Of a DNA stretch of 64,000 bases, positions 45,375 through 62,062 are shown piece after piece. The stretch is taken from the NCBI RefSeq assembly GCF_009914755.1, contig NC_060947.1; one strand, written 5' to 3'. How positions within the stretch are numbered: position 1 is the stretch's first letter; each line of letters begins with the position of its first letter. The notes below the pieces were generated by a model, which worked only from the letters and a program-made list of their open reading frames with translations, was not told the origin of the DNA and made no database searches. The position numbers were made by a program, and so were the translations under genes. Origin of the DNA: the human T2T-CHM13v2.0 reference genome, Homo sapiens.

Positions 45375-45592
45375 CACAGACCCAGGAGTCAGATAGACCT
45401 AAGTTCAAATCCTAATTTCATGACTCATTAGGTGTGTCAATTTTAGCAAGTCTCTTCACTCATTTGTAAAGTAGGGATAGCAATGGCGTTGACTTTTTAT
45501 AATTGTTAAAATGATTAAATAAGATGTTGAACATAAAAAACGTAGTAGAATATTTGACACAGAGGAAGCTCTCAATAAATGGTACCTACTGT
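45375..45592 (+). mobile_element. MIR (other MIR pieces at ~44600-44740 -, ~45790-45900 +, ~46720-46950 -)
   Basis: ggagtcagatagacctaagttcaaatcc...ctcatttgtaaa...ctcaataaatgg. Confidence 0.75.
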
Positions 45593-45914
45593 TTTGCTCT
45601 TGTTGTTTTCACATTGCAAAAATGACAAAGTCTGAGATATGCAGAGCAAGCTGACATGGCAAAGCCACCCAGTTCTTTTCCAGATCCAGCAAGTTCTCAG
45701 TGCTCTAGGCTTGGTAAGGCTCTGGGCTCAGTAGATATTCATTCCCAAGGGCAGCCCAGAGCCAGAAGTTAAAGTAGGTAGGTAGAACTCAGGAATCATA
45801 GGATCTAATCTGATATTTTCCCTGACTTCCTCAGTGACCATGACCAAAAGACTGCCTTCCCAAGGCTTCAATAGCCTCATCTACAAAAGAGGAGGAGGAC
45901 AGATTAGATTATTA

Positions 45915-46165
45915 ATTCATTCACTCATTTATTCACTCTAGCACATCTAACCACTGATACTTATATCCTGGCTTAAAACATATAGGCAATGAAAAACACT
46001 TTGTCAGGTCAGTGAAATGGTCTAATTTATATTTCCCAGATACAGCATGCTTGGAAATGTGGAAAATGATCTGGAAGGGGAGAAAAGAGGGCAGAGAGAC
46101 CTTTTCAGAAGTTGGTGTGATGTTCCATGCAAGTAATGGTGAGGACTTGAATTGGGGTAGAAGCA
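45915..46165 (-). mobile_element. L2 3' remnant
   Basis: (ttca)n tail and antisense L2 motifs. Confidence 0.5.
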
Positions 46166-47221
46166 CGACCACAAAATAGCCTGCTAACAACTGTGTAAAC
46201 ACTGAACCACAACAGCACTGGACCATGTGGTTGATTCCCCAAGAGGTATTTTCAGATGGGTTGACTTTATTGTGTCTCTTTTTATATACTACAATGTCAC
46301 TTTTACACATTTCAAAAATCATGTCAGTGGTGTGGCACACATTGGAAGGTCTGGTCTCAGAAGTGTAAAAAGCATGGAGCACTTCAGCTTGCAACCAGCT
46401 GTCATCCTGGATTCTCCTCAGAGGAAGCCAAAAGTACTACACTTCAAACAAGCTTTTTGAAAAAAGGCCAATGTATGCATTGTGCTTGGTATGGCTACGG
46501 GAGAGTAGTGAGTTAGACTTCGAAAACTACTGCAAGTAGTGTCTATGCTAATAGATACCTAGACCCCTTTGTCACCAGCATTTAGGGTTGATCGTGATCT
46601 ATTTCAATGCTATGATGTAATAATACATTTTGAAAATTATTCTTAAGATTTAAACATTTTTCTGATCATTAAAGACGTATTTGTGTTGTGGAAAATGTAT
46701 AACAAATGCTAATCATACATAACAATATTTACTGAATGCTAACACCATGTGAAAGACACTGTGCTATGCACATTGCATACATTATTTAATGTATCCTCAT
46801 AGTAGTCCCGTGAGATAGATACTTTTACATTCTCCATTTTTAGGTAAGAAAACAGACTCAAAGTGACTTGCTCAAGTTTACATAGCTAGTACATGGTAGA
46901 GCTAGAATTTGTGGCCCATTCTGTCCAGCTCTAAAGTTTGCATCTGTTTTTAACTTTTTTCTTAATTAAAAAGAGATAAATATGCACATAGAGAAAAACC
47001 TACTTTTTATTTCACCATCCAGAGGCAAACACTACTAATATTCTGGCACATTTTCTTCCTGCCTTTCTTGGATATTTTTTAAAATTTTATATTTGAGAGA
47101 TAACAGACTTTAAAGGAAATGTGAAACTCTTCCCTCACCATTCGGTGAATGGAATGATATAAGGAGGTAAGTGGAATTACTCTAGTAGGTAAATAAATAA
47201 TAAATGAATAAATAAATAAGA

Positions 47222-47593
<372 letters not shown>

Positions 47594-47772
47594 TCATTCA
47601 CACACAACCACTATTAGTATTTGGGCTCACCTACTACCTTTATAACAACATGCACTTGTTAACATATTTACAATCAGGGTCTTACTTATCTTATAAGCAT
47701 CTCCTTAAACCATAAATTTTGTTTTAAATTACATCGTAATATTCTATTATGTATGTATACTATTGTTTGACA

Positions 47773-48080
47773 TTTTTTTTTTGTTTGTTTTTTGAAACAG
47801 GGTCTCACTCTGTCACCTAGGTAGAAGTGCAGTGGTGTCATCATGGCTCACTGCAGCCTTGATCTCCTGGGATCAAGCAATTCTCCCACTTCAGCCTCCC
47901 ATGTAGCTGGGACTACAGGCACATGCCACCACACCCATATAATTATTATTATTATTTTTTGTATACACAGGGTCCCACTGAGTTGCCCAAGGCTAGTCTC
48001 AAACTTGTGCACTCAAGGGATCCTCCTGCCTCAGCCTCCCAAAGAGCTGGGATTACAAGCATAATCCACTGTACCCAGCC
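47773..48080 (-). mobile_element. AluJ
   Basis: gaaacagggtctcactctg...catggctcactgcagccttga; T-rich tail. Confidence 0.9.
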
Positions 48081-48546
48081 TGTAATCCACTGTATTTCTT
48101 TTTTTCAGCATCCTAAATAATACTGTAGTGGATATCTTTTTGCAGTAACTTATTAAATCTATAGAACTTTGCACATATTAATAATTAATGAGACATTAAT
48201 TGCTATGAAAGTCTCATGCAATTAAAGATGACAAAACACAGAAAGATATTTAGTGTTACAGTTCCAATAGTTAATCTTGTGTGTTTGAGATGACTGTGTT
48301 AAGGGGGTCATAACTGCAAAATGTCTTCAATATGTTGTAACTGATATCTCAATTGCTACTGATAAGAACTTATTTCTAAAACGTAGAAATTTAAAGAAAC
48401 TATCTTTCGGCAATCTGCCAAAAACTTTTTAATATGTTCAGAACAAATTAAATGGAAGAATATTTGCAAGGATCCAAAACACTCCCATTATTCATAAAAT
48501 GATGGAAATATGATAAACACATTTTAGAAATATAAAATTAATCCCT

Positions 48547-48997
48547 GTGGCAGAGCTTAATTAGTGGACAACTATTCAGTAAAATCTCAGTTATTCTCTT
48601 CTTTCTGAGCACTTCTCTAGGCTATATTCACAAGCTTTCCTTGCAGTTTAATGTGGCCAAAAGATTGAGCTCTAACAGAATTAAAGTGAAAGTGATTTCT
48701 GCCCTGTCTAGGGATTACCCCAGATATCTTTCACACATGACCTTCTACAATCTGTGTCTTTCCACTGTCTTGATAAGGATGATCACAATAACCTGGGAAG
48801 CTATTTGTTGAAGATAGAAGAGCCAGATATGGAGGAGTTTATTTCTCTAAATTGTCACTTAGAGGAGATCTTTATAACAACATTAATTTTGAATGTTTTG
48901 CAAATAAGAAATAAACTTCTATATGTTTGAGACATATCACATTTGGGGGTTTATTCATTACAGTTGCTATTTGTTATAGTTTTGCCTTAAATAATGC
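48547..48997 (+). mobile_element. MLT1J-like LTR
   Basis: tgtggcagag start; ttccttgcagtt, gttgaagatagaagagcc and agaaataaacttctat motifs. Confidence 0.65.
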
Positions 48998-50024
48998 CCT
49001 TCAATGAAACGCATTAAAAATACTTATAATGCCAAAAAAAGTTAAAAAAAAAAGCCACCTTAAGTGATTAAAAAATATTCAAATTATGATACAATTTTAG
49101 ATGAAAGGATCATCAAAAAATATAAGCCTGTCTACTACTAGAACCAAAGATGGTGAGAAACTAGGAGGAGAGTTATAAAAAAGAGTTGAGATTTCTATGG
49201 GAAACTTTCACTTTTACAACTGGAGAAAATCACTTGAAATATAGTTAAATTATATATTAAGGACTACTAAAAGGGAATAAGAAGGAAGGAAGGAAGAAAT
49301 TGAGGAAGTTGGGGGGCATGACAGAGAAGCACAAAGAAATTGGAATGGAGACACAAGCAATGAATGAAACGTCTATTCTAATGACTATGCCCCTTTAGTA
49401 CTGCTTTGACCATAAGCAGGCATCATCTAAGAAGAGTTTACTTGGTCACAACTTTCTTTTTTGAAAAAGCAGCCAGAAGTCTTCATACTTTGCTCCCACA
49501 AGATCCTGGTGTCACAGCCACAGCTAATTAAATCCAGAATTGGTGTCACCTAAAGCAAAGGCAGTCATTCATATACTATTCATGGGCAATGACATAACCT
49601 GACAGGAGAATTTCATCTAATTCAGGTATTTTAAACCTGGTTTGGAGCTGCCACACCATGAGATCCCATTCCTGGCATGTCTAACTCCAAGGCATATGGA
49701 AAGTCAGTTAGACAATTTTATCAAGATCAGTAGAAGTAGAAACAAAGAGTCACCATGGGACAAAATACAAGACTGGTAAAAATGTAGTGGTTCCTATTCT
49801 ACTTCTCCATATATCCTTAAAATAACTTTTCATTACCTGAAATAAGGCAAGTTTGTATTTATGCCTTACTAACCAAAACAAATACTAAAACATACATCAG
49901 ACCTTTAAAAAAGCAACAAGATCTTTACAGAGAAAGCTGAGATTTTTAACTTGAACTCTAATTAAGCAGTGGAAAGAAAATGATTTCCATGAAACACTTC
50001 CCTGAAAATGTAATGGATGTTAGT

Positions 50025-51499
50025 GAGAAAAAATAAGAGAGGACAGAAGCAAATGGAAACACATTCCATGCTTATTGATAGGAACAATCAATATCATGAA
50101 AATGGCCATACTGCTCAAAGTAATTTATAGATTCAATGTGATCCCCATCAAGCTACAATTGACTTTCTTCACAGAATTAGGAAAAAAAAAACACTTTAAA
50201 TTTCATACAGAACCAAAAAAAGAGCCCATATAACCAAGACAATCCTAAGGAAAAATAACAAAGCTGGAGGCATCACACTACCTGACTTCAAACTATACTA
50301 CAAGGCTATAGTAACCAAAGCAGCATGGTACTGGAACCAAAACAGATATATAGACCAATGGAACAGAACGAGGGCTCAGAAATAACACCACACTTCTACA
50401 ACCATCTGATCTTTGACAAACCTGACAAGAAAGGGCAATGGAGAAAGGATTCCCTATTTAATAAATGGTGTTGGGAAAACTGTCTAGCTATATGCAGAAA
50501 ACTGAAACTGGACCCCTTCCTTACACCTTATACAAAAATTAACTCAAGGTGGATTAAAGACTTAAAGTAAGACCTAAAATCATAAAAACCCTAGAAGAAA
50601 ACCTAGGCAATACCATTCAGGACATAGGCATGGAAAAGACTTCATGACTAAAACACAAAAAGTGATGGCGATAAAAGCCAGAATTGACAAATGGGATCTA
50701 TTAAACTAAAGAGCTTCTGCACAGCAAAAGAAACTATCATCAGAGTGAACAGGCAATCTACAGAATGGGAGAAAATGTTTGCAATCTATCCATCTGACAA
50801 AGGGCTAATATTCAGAATCTACAAGGAACTTAAACAAATTTACAAGAAAAAAACAAACAACCTCATCAAAAATGGGCAGATGATATGAACAGACACTTCT
50901 CAAAAGAAGACATTTATGCAGCCAACAAACACATGAAAAAAAGCTCATCATCACTGGTCATTAGAGAAATGCAAATCAAAACCACAATGAGATGCCATCT
51001 CACGCCAGTTAGAATGGTGATCATTAAAAAGTCAGGAAACAACAGATGCTGGAGAGGATGTGGAGAAATAGGACTGCTTTTACACTGTTGGTGGGAGTGT
51101 AAATTAGTTCAACTATTGTGGAAGATGGTGTGGCTATTCCTCAAGGATCTAGAACCAGAAATACCATTTTACTCAGCAATCTCATTACTGGGTATATACC
51201 CAAAGGATTATAAATCATTCTACTATAAAGACACATGCACACATATGTTTATTGTGGCACTGTTAACAATAGCAAAGACTTGGAACCAACCCAAATGCCT
51301 ATCAGTGATAGACTGGATAGAGAAAATGTAGCAGATATACACCATGGGATACTATGCAGCCATACAAAAGGATGAGTTCATATCCTTTGCAGGGACATGG
51401 ATGAAGCTGGAAACCATCATTCTCAGCAAACTAACACAAGATCAGAAAACCAAACACCCCATGTTCTCACTCATAAATGGGAGTTGAACAATGAGAACA
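50025..51499 (+). mobile_element. L1PA7-like ORF2 3' fragment lacking its 3'UTR
   Basis: ORF2 C-terminal peptides at 50325-51331 ([14 protein letters not shown]). Stops at aatgagaaca. Confidence 0.88.
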
Positions 51500-51870
51500 A
51501 TCAAATAACCTGATTTAAAAATAGGCAAAGGGACTTACCTTCTGAGCACAGTTAGCAGCACTTCAGTCTCATGAAAAATGGGCAAAGGATCTGAACAGAC
51601 ATTTCTTTGAAGAATACATAAAAAGGGCCAATATTTATATGAAAAGTGCTCAACACTAATCAACTGGAAAATGCAAGTTAAAACCACTATGTGATATTAC
51701 CTCACACCTGTTAGGATGGCTATTATCAAAAAGACAAGAGACAACAAATGTTGGCAAGGGTGTGGAGAAAAGGGAACCCTAGTACACTGTTAGTGGGAAT
51801 GTAGATTTTTGCAGTCATTATGGAAAACAGCATGGAGGTTTCTAAAGAAATTAAACATAGAACTACCATA
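51500..51870 (+). mobile_element. L1MA ORF2 3' fragment
   Basis: aaaagacaagagacaacaaatgttggcaaggg...gaactaccata. Confidence 0.75.
51537..51572 (+). pseudogene. Tailless retrocopy of the 5' half of elongator tRNA-Met(CAT)
   Basis: accttctgagcacagttagcagcacttcagtctcat aligns without gaps to the remembered tRNA-Met 5' half, ending at anticodon CAT. TSD aaaaat(a/g)ggcaaagg at 51517-51531 / 51574-51588. Confidence 0.75.
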
Positions 51871-51909
51871 AAAAATGTTGTATATGTTTTATGTATGGCA
51901 CATGCAATA

Positions 51910-52363
51910 TGCTAACAACTCCCCAAAGTTATCCCCAGGCAGCACCTTTTACCCAAATGTTAGACTTGTATATACAACCACCTACTTCACAACTTGACTC
52001 ATATGTAAAAGCATCTCCAATTTACTCCAAATACAAACTGCAAGCCAAACTCCAAATTGTCTCCACTCAAAATTGTTTCTATCCCAACCTTCCCCTTCTC
52101 TATCAATGGAATCATTTCTCTAGCTCCTTAGGGGAAATATCTTGAAGTCATGACTCTTCTCACACCACCACATACCATCTACCAGCAAGTCCTATTTGCT
52201 TTACTTCTGAAATGTATCCAGAATATGACTACTTCTCACCACCTCCAGTGCTACCACACTGGTTCAAACCACCATTGTCTTATACTTGAATTTTAGGCTC
52301 TTTATTAATTTCCTTAATTCTACACTTGTCCTTTTTTGGTTTTGTTCTTCAAACAGCACCCAG
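51910..52363 (+). mobile_element. L2a, segment 1 (continues at 55545-55921 and 62063-62148)
   Basis: cagcaagtcctatt...cttctcaccacctccagtgctaccac. Later segments are collinear to the gaatgaatgaa tail. Confidence 0.75.
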
Positions 52364-53077
52364 AAGACAAAAAAATTACTTAGAACTATTTACCTTGCTT
52401 CTCCCAGCTAAGTACAATTATAAATTCTGGAAATAATGCAAGAGGCAGCCAAAGCAGAATTCTGAAAAGTGCAAAGAGGAAGGCAAACAGGCTAAGCACC
52501 CTAGGACTACTGGGGAACAGCATAGAAGCATGACGTCTTATTACCCTCCCCTGATCTAATAGAAAAAGGTAACCCAAGCCAGGTGTTTCCCACCCCAATC
52601 TAGCAAGAGAAGGCAACACAGGTAGTCTCATTTTTTTCCCATATCAAACAGGAACTCTAACAAAGACACATAAGGAGACTGTCATCACCAGTAAGGGGGG
52701 TTAATAAAAAATACCACTGACAATAATTGGCCAGGTGGGAGAGCTTTTCCGCCTTAGCAAGGTTGAACTTTCCTTTCTCCATCAAGAGATACCACGCAAA
52801 TGGAGGACACTGACCAAACACCTCAAAACAAGTAGTTCAGCCTTGGAAGTGCTCTTCCTCCCTATAGGCCAGAAACTTCCTGGGCATCTTCTGCCTGTCT
52901 GGTAGCACCAACAGGAATCACTGAGAGTTTCTACAGCACCAAAATCAAGCAGAACAAAATAAAAACACAGAGTTCCCCCAAATTGAATTGTCATTGGAAG
53001 CAAGGCACACAAAAGTAGGCCAGGACCTGTGAGCTAAACCTAAGCAGAGTGACTGCCTGGTAAAATAAAAGATTTAT

Positions 53078-53400
53078 GGCTGGGCATGGTGCCTCACGCC
53101 TGTAGTCCCAGCACTTTGGGAGGCCGAGGCGGGCGGATCACGAGGTCAGGAGATCAAGACCATCCTGGCTAACACGGTGAAAACCCGTCTCTACTAAAAA
53201 TACAAAAAGTTAGCCAGCTGTGGTGGCGAGCTCCTGTAGTCCCAGCTACTCAGGAGGCTGATGCAGGAGAATTGCATTAACCCTGGAGGCGGAGCTTGCA
53301 GTAAGCCAAGATCGCATCACTGCACTCCAGTCTGGGCGACAAAGCAAGACTCCGTCTCAAAATAAATAAATAAATAAATAAATAAATAAGTAAATAAATA
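53078..53400 (+). mobile_element. AluY-like
   Basis: ggatcacgaggtcaggagatc, ctggctaacacgg, ggagcttgcag; (TAAA)n tail. TSD aataaaagatt(t/c)at at 53064-53077 / 53401-53414. Confidence 0.9.
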
Positions 53401-53431
53401 AATAAAAGATTCATATAGAACCCAGAGGTTT

Positions 53432-53665
<234 letters not shown>

Positions 53666-53827
53666 TCATACCAAGGACTAGCAAAACTACAATTTAAGTT
53701 AGAAAAGAATCAATGGACAACAGTAACAGATGAATCAGATGTTGGAATTATTCAACAAATATTTTATATTAGCTCTCATAAAAAATGCTCCGATGATCAA
53801 CTACAAAATTTCTTGAAATGCGTAAAA

Positions 53828-54729
53828 CATTCTGTAGGATTTCTGCTTACTCTGTTGATAAGGAACTTAAACAAATTTACAAACAACCCCATAAAAAAGT
53901 GGGCAAAGAACGTGAACATTTTTCAAAAGAAGACATCCATGTGGCCAACAATCGTATGTAAAAAAAGCTCAACATCACTTATCAGTAGAGAAATGCAAGT
54001 CAAAACCACAATAAGATATCATCTTATACCAATCAGAATGGCCATTATTAAAAAGTCAAAAATAACAGATGCTGATGAGGTTCTGGAGAAAAAGGAACTC
54101 TGATAAACTGTTAGTGGGAGTGTAAATTAGTTCAACCATTGTGGGAGACTGTGTGGCAGTTTTTCAAAGACCTAAAGATAGAAATACCATTTTACCCAGC
54201 AATCTCATTACTGGGTATATCCAAAAGAATATATATCATTCTATTATAAAAACACATGCATGCATATGTTCGTTGCGGCACTATTGACAATAGCAAACAC
54301 ATGGAATCAACCTAAATGCCTATCAATGATAGACTGGATAAAATATATGGTAAATCTACACCATGGAATAGCATGCAGCCATAAAAAAAAATGAGATTAG
54401 GTCCTTTGCAGAGACACGGATGAAGCTGGAGACCATTATCCTTAGCAAACTAAAACAGAAACCGAAAACCAAATACTGCATGTTCTTTCCTATAAGTGAG
54501 AGTTAATGATGAGAACACATGGACATATAGAGGGGAACAACCACACACTGGGGCCTATTAGAGAGTGGAGGGTGGGAGGAGGGAGAAGATCAAAAGAAAT
54601 ATCTAATTGGTACTAGGATTAATACCCAGGTGATGAAATAATCTGTACAACAAACCCCCTTGACACAAGTTTACCTATATAGCAAACATGCACATGTACC
54701 CCTGAACTTAAAATAAAAGTTAAAAAATA
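53828..54729 (+). mobile_element. L1PA11-13-like 3' end with short 5' inversion
   Basis: Sense L1 from 53858 to poly-A. Antisense ORF2 piece at 53828-53860. TSD gaaatgcgtaaaa 53815-53827 / gaaatgcatgaaa 54730-54742. Confidence 0.85.
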
Positions 54730-56152
54730 GAAATGCATGAAATAATAGAAGGTCTCAGCAAAAAATAGAAGTTACAAAAATGAATGAAATGAAAATTGTA
54801 AGAAAAAAGTAAAATAACAAATGCCCAATGGATGAACTTATAGTAAAATGAAGATAACAAGAGAATAGAATCAGTGAACTTTGGGGTAGATCAATAGAAC
54901 GTACCAAATCTGATCAACAGAGAGAAAAAAAAGAGTGAAAAATATTGAATAGAGAGTAAGGAAACTGTGGGACAATAACAAAAGGTCCAACATTTGTATT
55001 ATAATCTAAGAAAGAGTGGAAAAAGAGAGTGGGACTGAAAAAGTATTTAAATAAATAATAGCTAAATGTTGGTGAAAAGGCCATCAGATTTCAGAAGCTC
55101 AGCCAACCCCAAACAAATGTACACCAAAGCACACTATAATTAAATTTCTTAAAATAAAGGGAAAAAACTATTAATGGTAATGAGAGAAGCAACACCTGAC
55201 ATACAGAGAAACGCCAATTAGAATGAAAAGACTTCCCCTTAGAAATCATGGAAACCAAAAGGATGTGACACAACAAATTCTGATAAGAAAGAAACCTTCT
55301 ATAGCAAATTCTGTAACTGACAAAGCTATCCTTCAGGAATAAAGGGGAAGTAAAGACATTTTCAGACAAGAGAAAACTAAGAAAGTTTATTGTTAGTAGA
55401 CTTACCCTTAAAAAAATGGCTGAAGGAAGTTCTCCAAACAGAAAGGAAGTTTTAACCATAAATACAGCTACAGACCATAGACTACATTTCTCCTTATAAA
55501 TTTTATAAATCACATTTGATGATTGCAACAAAAATTGTAACATCACCTGGTTCTCAAGGCTTCACACAACCTTGGACCGCTGCCGCATTTCCTCTCTGGC
55601 CTCATTTCCTACTGTCACTTACTTTGCTCCAGACACACTGGCCCCTGCTGTTCCTTGAATACATCAGGCATAATCTTGCCGTCAGGCTTCGGTATTCACA
55701 GGTAAATTTTTTTTTCTTTTCTTTTTTTCTGGTTGGAATGTTCTTCCTTCAAGCATCCATGTGGTCTTTGCTCAAAAGTCACCTACTCAGTAAGGCTTTC
55801 CCTGATAGTTTTCTTTAAAATTGACCCCCGAACCCCAGGATTTCTTATCCCCATTTTTTGTTTTATTAATTCACTTGCAAGAATGTTGGCTCCACGAACA
55901 CAAATATTATTTTCTGTTTTCGTTTTTTTATAATTTACGCTTCTTTTTTATTATACTTTAAGTTTTAGGGTACATGTGCACAACGTGCAGGTTTGTTACA
56001 TATGTATACATGTGCCATGTTGGTGTGCTGCACCCATTAACTAGTCATTTACATTAGGTATATCTCCTAATGCTATCCCTCCCTGCTCCCCGCAACCCAC
56101 AACAGGCCCCAGTGTGTGATGTTCCCTTCCTGTGTCCATTTGTTCTCATTGT

Positions 56153-59974
<3,822 letters not shown>

Positions 59975-60037
59975 TATGATGTTAGCTGGTTATTCTGTTC
60001 GTTAGTTGATGCAGTTCCTTCCTAGCCTCGAAGGTCT

Positions 60038-61050
60038 TTACAATTTGGCATGTTTTTGCAGTGGCTGGTACCGGTTGTTCCTTTCCATGTTTAGTGCCTC
60101 CTTCAGGAGCTCTTGTAGGGCAGGCCTGGTGATGACAAAATCTCTCAGCATTTGCTTGTCTGTAAAGTATTTTATTTCTCCTTCACTTATGAAGCTTAGT
60201 TTGGCTGGATGTGAAATTCTGGTTTGAAAATTCCTTTCTTTAAGAATGTTGAATATTGGCCCCCACTCTCTTCTGGCTTGTAGAGTTTCTGCGGAGAGAT
60301 CAGTTGTTAGTCTGATGAGCTTCCCTTTGTGGGTAACCCTTTCTCTCTGGCTGCCCTTAACATTTTTTCCTTCGTTTCAACTTTAGTGAATCCAAGAGTT
60401 ATGTGTCTTGGAGTTGCTCTTCTCGAGGAGTATATTTGTGGTGGTTTCTGTATTTTCTGAATTTTAATGTTTGCCTGCCTTGCTAGATTGGGGAAGTTCT
60501 CCTGTATAATATCCTGCAGAGTGTTTTCCAACTTCATTCCATTCTCCCCGTCGCTTTCAGGTACACCAATCAGATGTAGACTTGGTCTTTTCACACAGTC
60601 CCATATTTCTTGGAGGCCTTGCTCGTTTCTTTTTATTCTTTTTCCTCTAAACTTATCTTCTCATTTCATTTCATTAATTTCATCTTCCATCACTGAAACC
60701 CTTTCTTCCAGTTTATTGAATTGGCTACTGAGCCTTGTGCATTCATCACGTAGTTCTCATGCCATGGTTTTCAGCTTCATCAGGTCCTTTAAGGACTTCT
60801 CTGCATTGGTTATTCTAGTTAGCCATTCATCTAATTTTTTTTCACGGTTTTTAACTTCTTTGCCATGGGTTTGAACTTCCTCCTTTAGCTCGGAGTAGTT
60901 TGATCTTCTGAAGCCTTCTTCTCTCAACTCATCAAAGTCATTCTCCGTCCAGCTTTGTTCCATTGCTGATGAGGAGCTGTGTTCCTTTGGAGAAGGAGAG
61001 GTGCTCTGATTTTTAGAATTTTCAGCTTTTCTGCTCTGTTTTTTCCCCAT
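60038..61050 (-). pseudogene. L1 ORF1, disrupted
   Basis: MGKKQSRK start at 61050. Premature TGA at 60757-60759. Later frameshift. Confidence 0.9.
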
Positions 61051-62062
61051 CTTTGTGGTTTTATCTACCTTTGGTTTTTGATGGTGGTGACGTACAGATG
61101 GGGTTTTGGTGTGGATATCCTTTCTGTTTGTTAGTTTTCCTTCTAATAGTCAGGACCCTCAGCTGCAGGTCTGTTGGAGTTTGCCAAAGTTCCACTCCAG
61201 ACCCTGTTTGCCTGGGTATCAGCAGCGGAGGCTGCAGAACAGTGTATATTGGTGAACAGAAAATGTTGCTGCCTGATTTTTCCTCTGGAAGTTTTGTCTC
61301 AGAGGAGTACCTGGCCATGTGAGGTGTCAGTCTGCCCCTACTGGGGGTTGCCTCCCAGTTAGGCTACTTGGGGGTCAGGGACCCACTTGAGGAGGCAGTC
61401 TGTCTATTCTCAGATCTCAAGCTGCGTGTTGGGAGAACCACTACTCTCTTCAAAGCTGTCAGACAGGGACATTTAAGTCTGCAGAGGTTTCTGCTGCCTT
61501 TTCTTTGGCTCTGCCCTGCCCCCGGAGGTGGAGTCTACAGAGGCAGGCAGGCCTCCTTGAGCTGCAGTGGGCTCCACCCAGTTCAATCTACCTGGCCCCT
61601 TTGTTTACCTACTCAAGCCTTGGCAATGGCAGGAACCACTCCCCCAGCCTCGCTGCTGCCTTGCAGTTTGATCTCAGACTGCTGTGCTAGCAATGAGTGA
61701 GGCTCCGTGGGCATAGGGCCCTCCAAGCTAGGCATGGGATATAATCTCCTGGTGTGCTGTTTGCTAAGACCATTGGAAAAGTGCAGTGTTAAGGTGGGAG
61801 TGACCCGATTTTCCAGGTGCCATCTGTCACCCCTTTCTTTGACTAGGAACAGGAATTCCCTTACCCCTTGGGCTTCCCAGGTGAGGCGATGCCTTGCCCT
61901 GCTTTGGCTCACGCTCAGTGCACTGCACCCACTGTCCAACAATCCCCAGTGAGATGAACCCGGTACCTCAGTTGGAAATGCAGAAATCACCTGTCTTCTG
62001 CATCGCTCACGCTGGGAGCCCTAGACTGGAGCTGTTCCTATTCGGCCATCTTGGCTCCACCC
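61051..62062 (-). promoter_or_regulatory. L1 5'UTR internal sense/antisense promoter region, YY1 site at 62044-62053
   Basis: caagatggcc at the 5' end. Many CpGs decayed. Activity not shown. Confidence 0.7.

Noticed and set aside
45684-45713. Fourth candidate exon (ttcttttccag|30 nt|gtaagg)
   Set aside because: Joining it to the candidate chain gives an immediate TGA, and there is no independent support.
45933-46394. 153-aa minus-strand ORF
   Set aside because: Overlaps an L2 remnant, non-ATG start, no recognisable domain.
49400-49896. Possible very old ERVL/MaLR-type LTR
   Set aside because: Only faint motifs; family and boundaries cannot be supported by eye.
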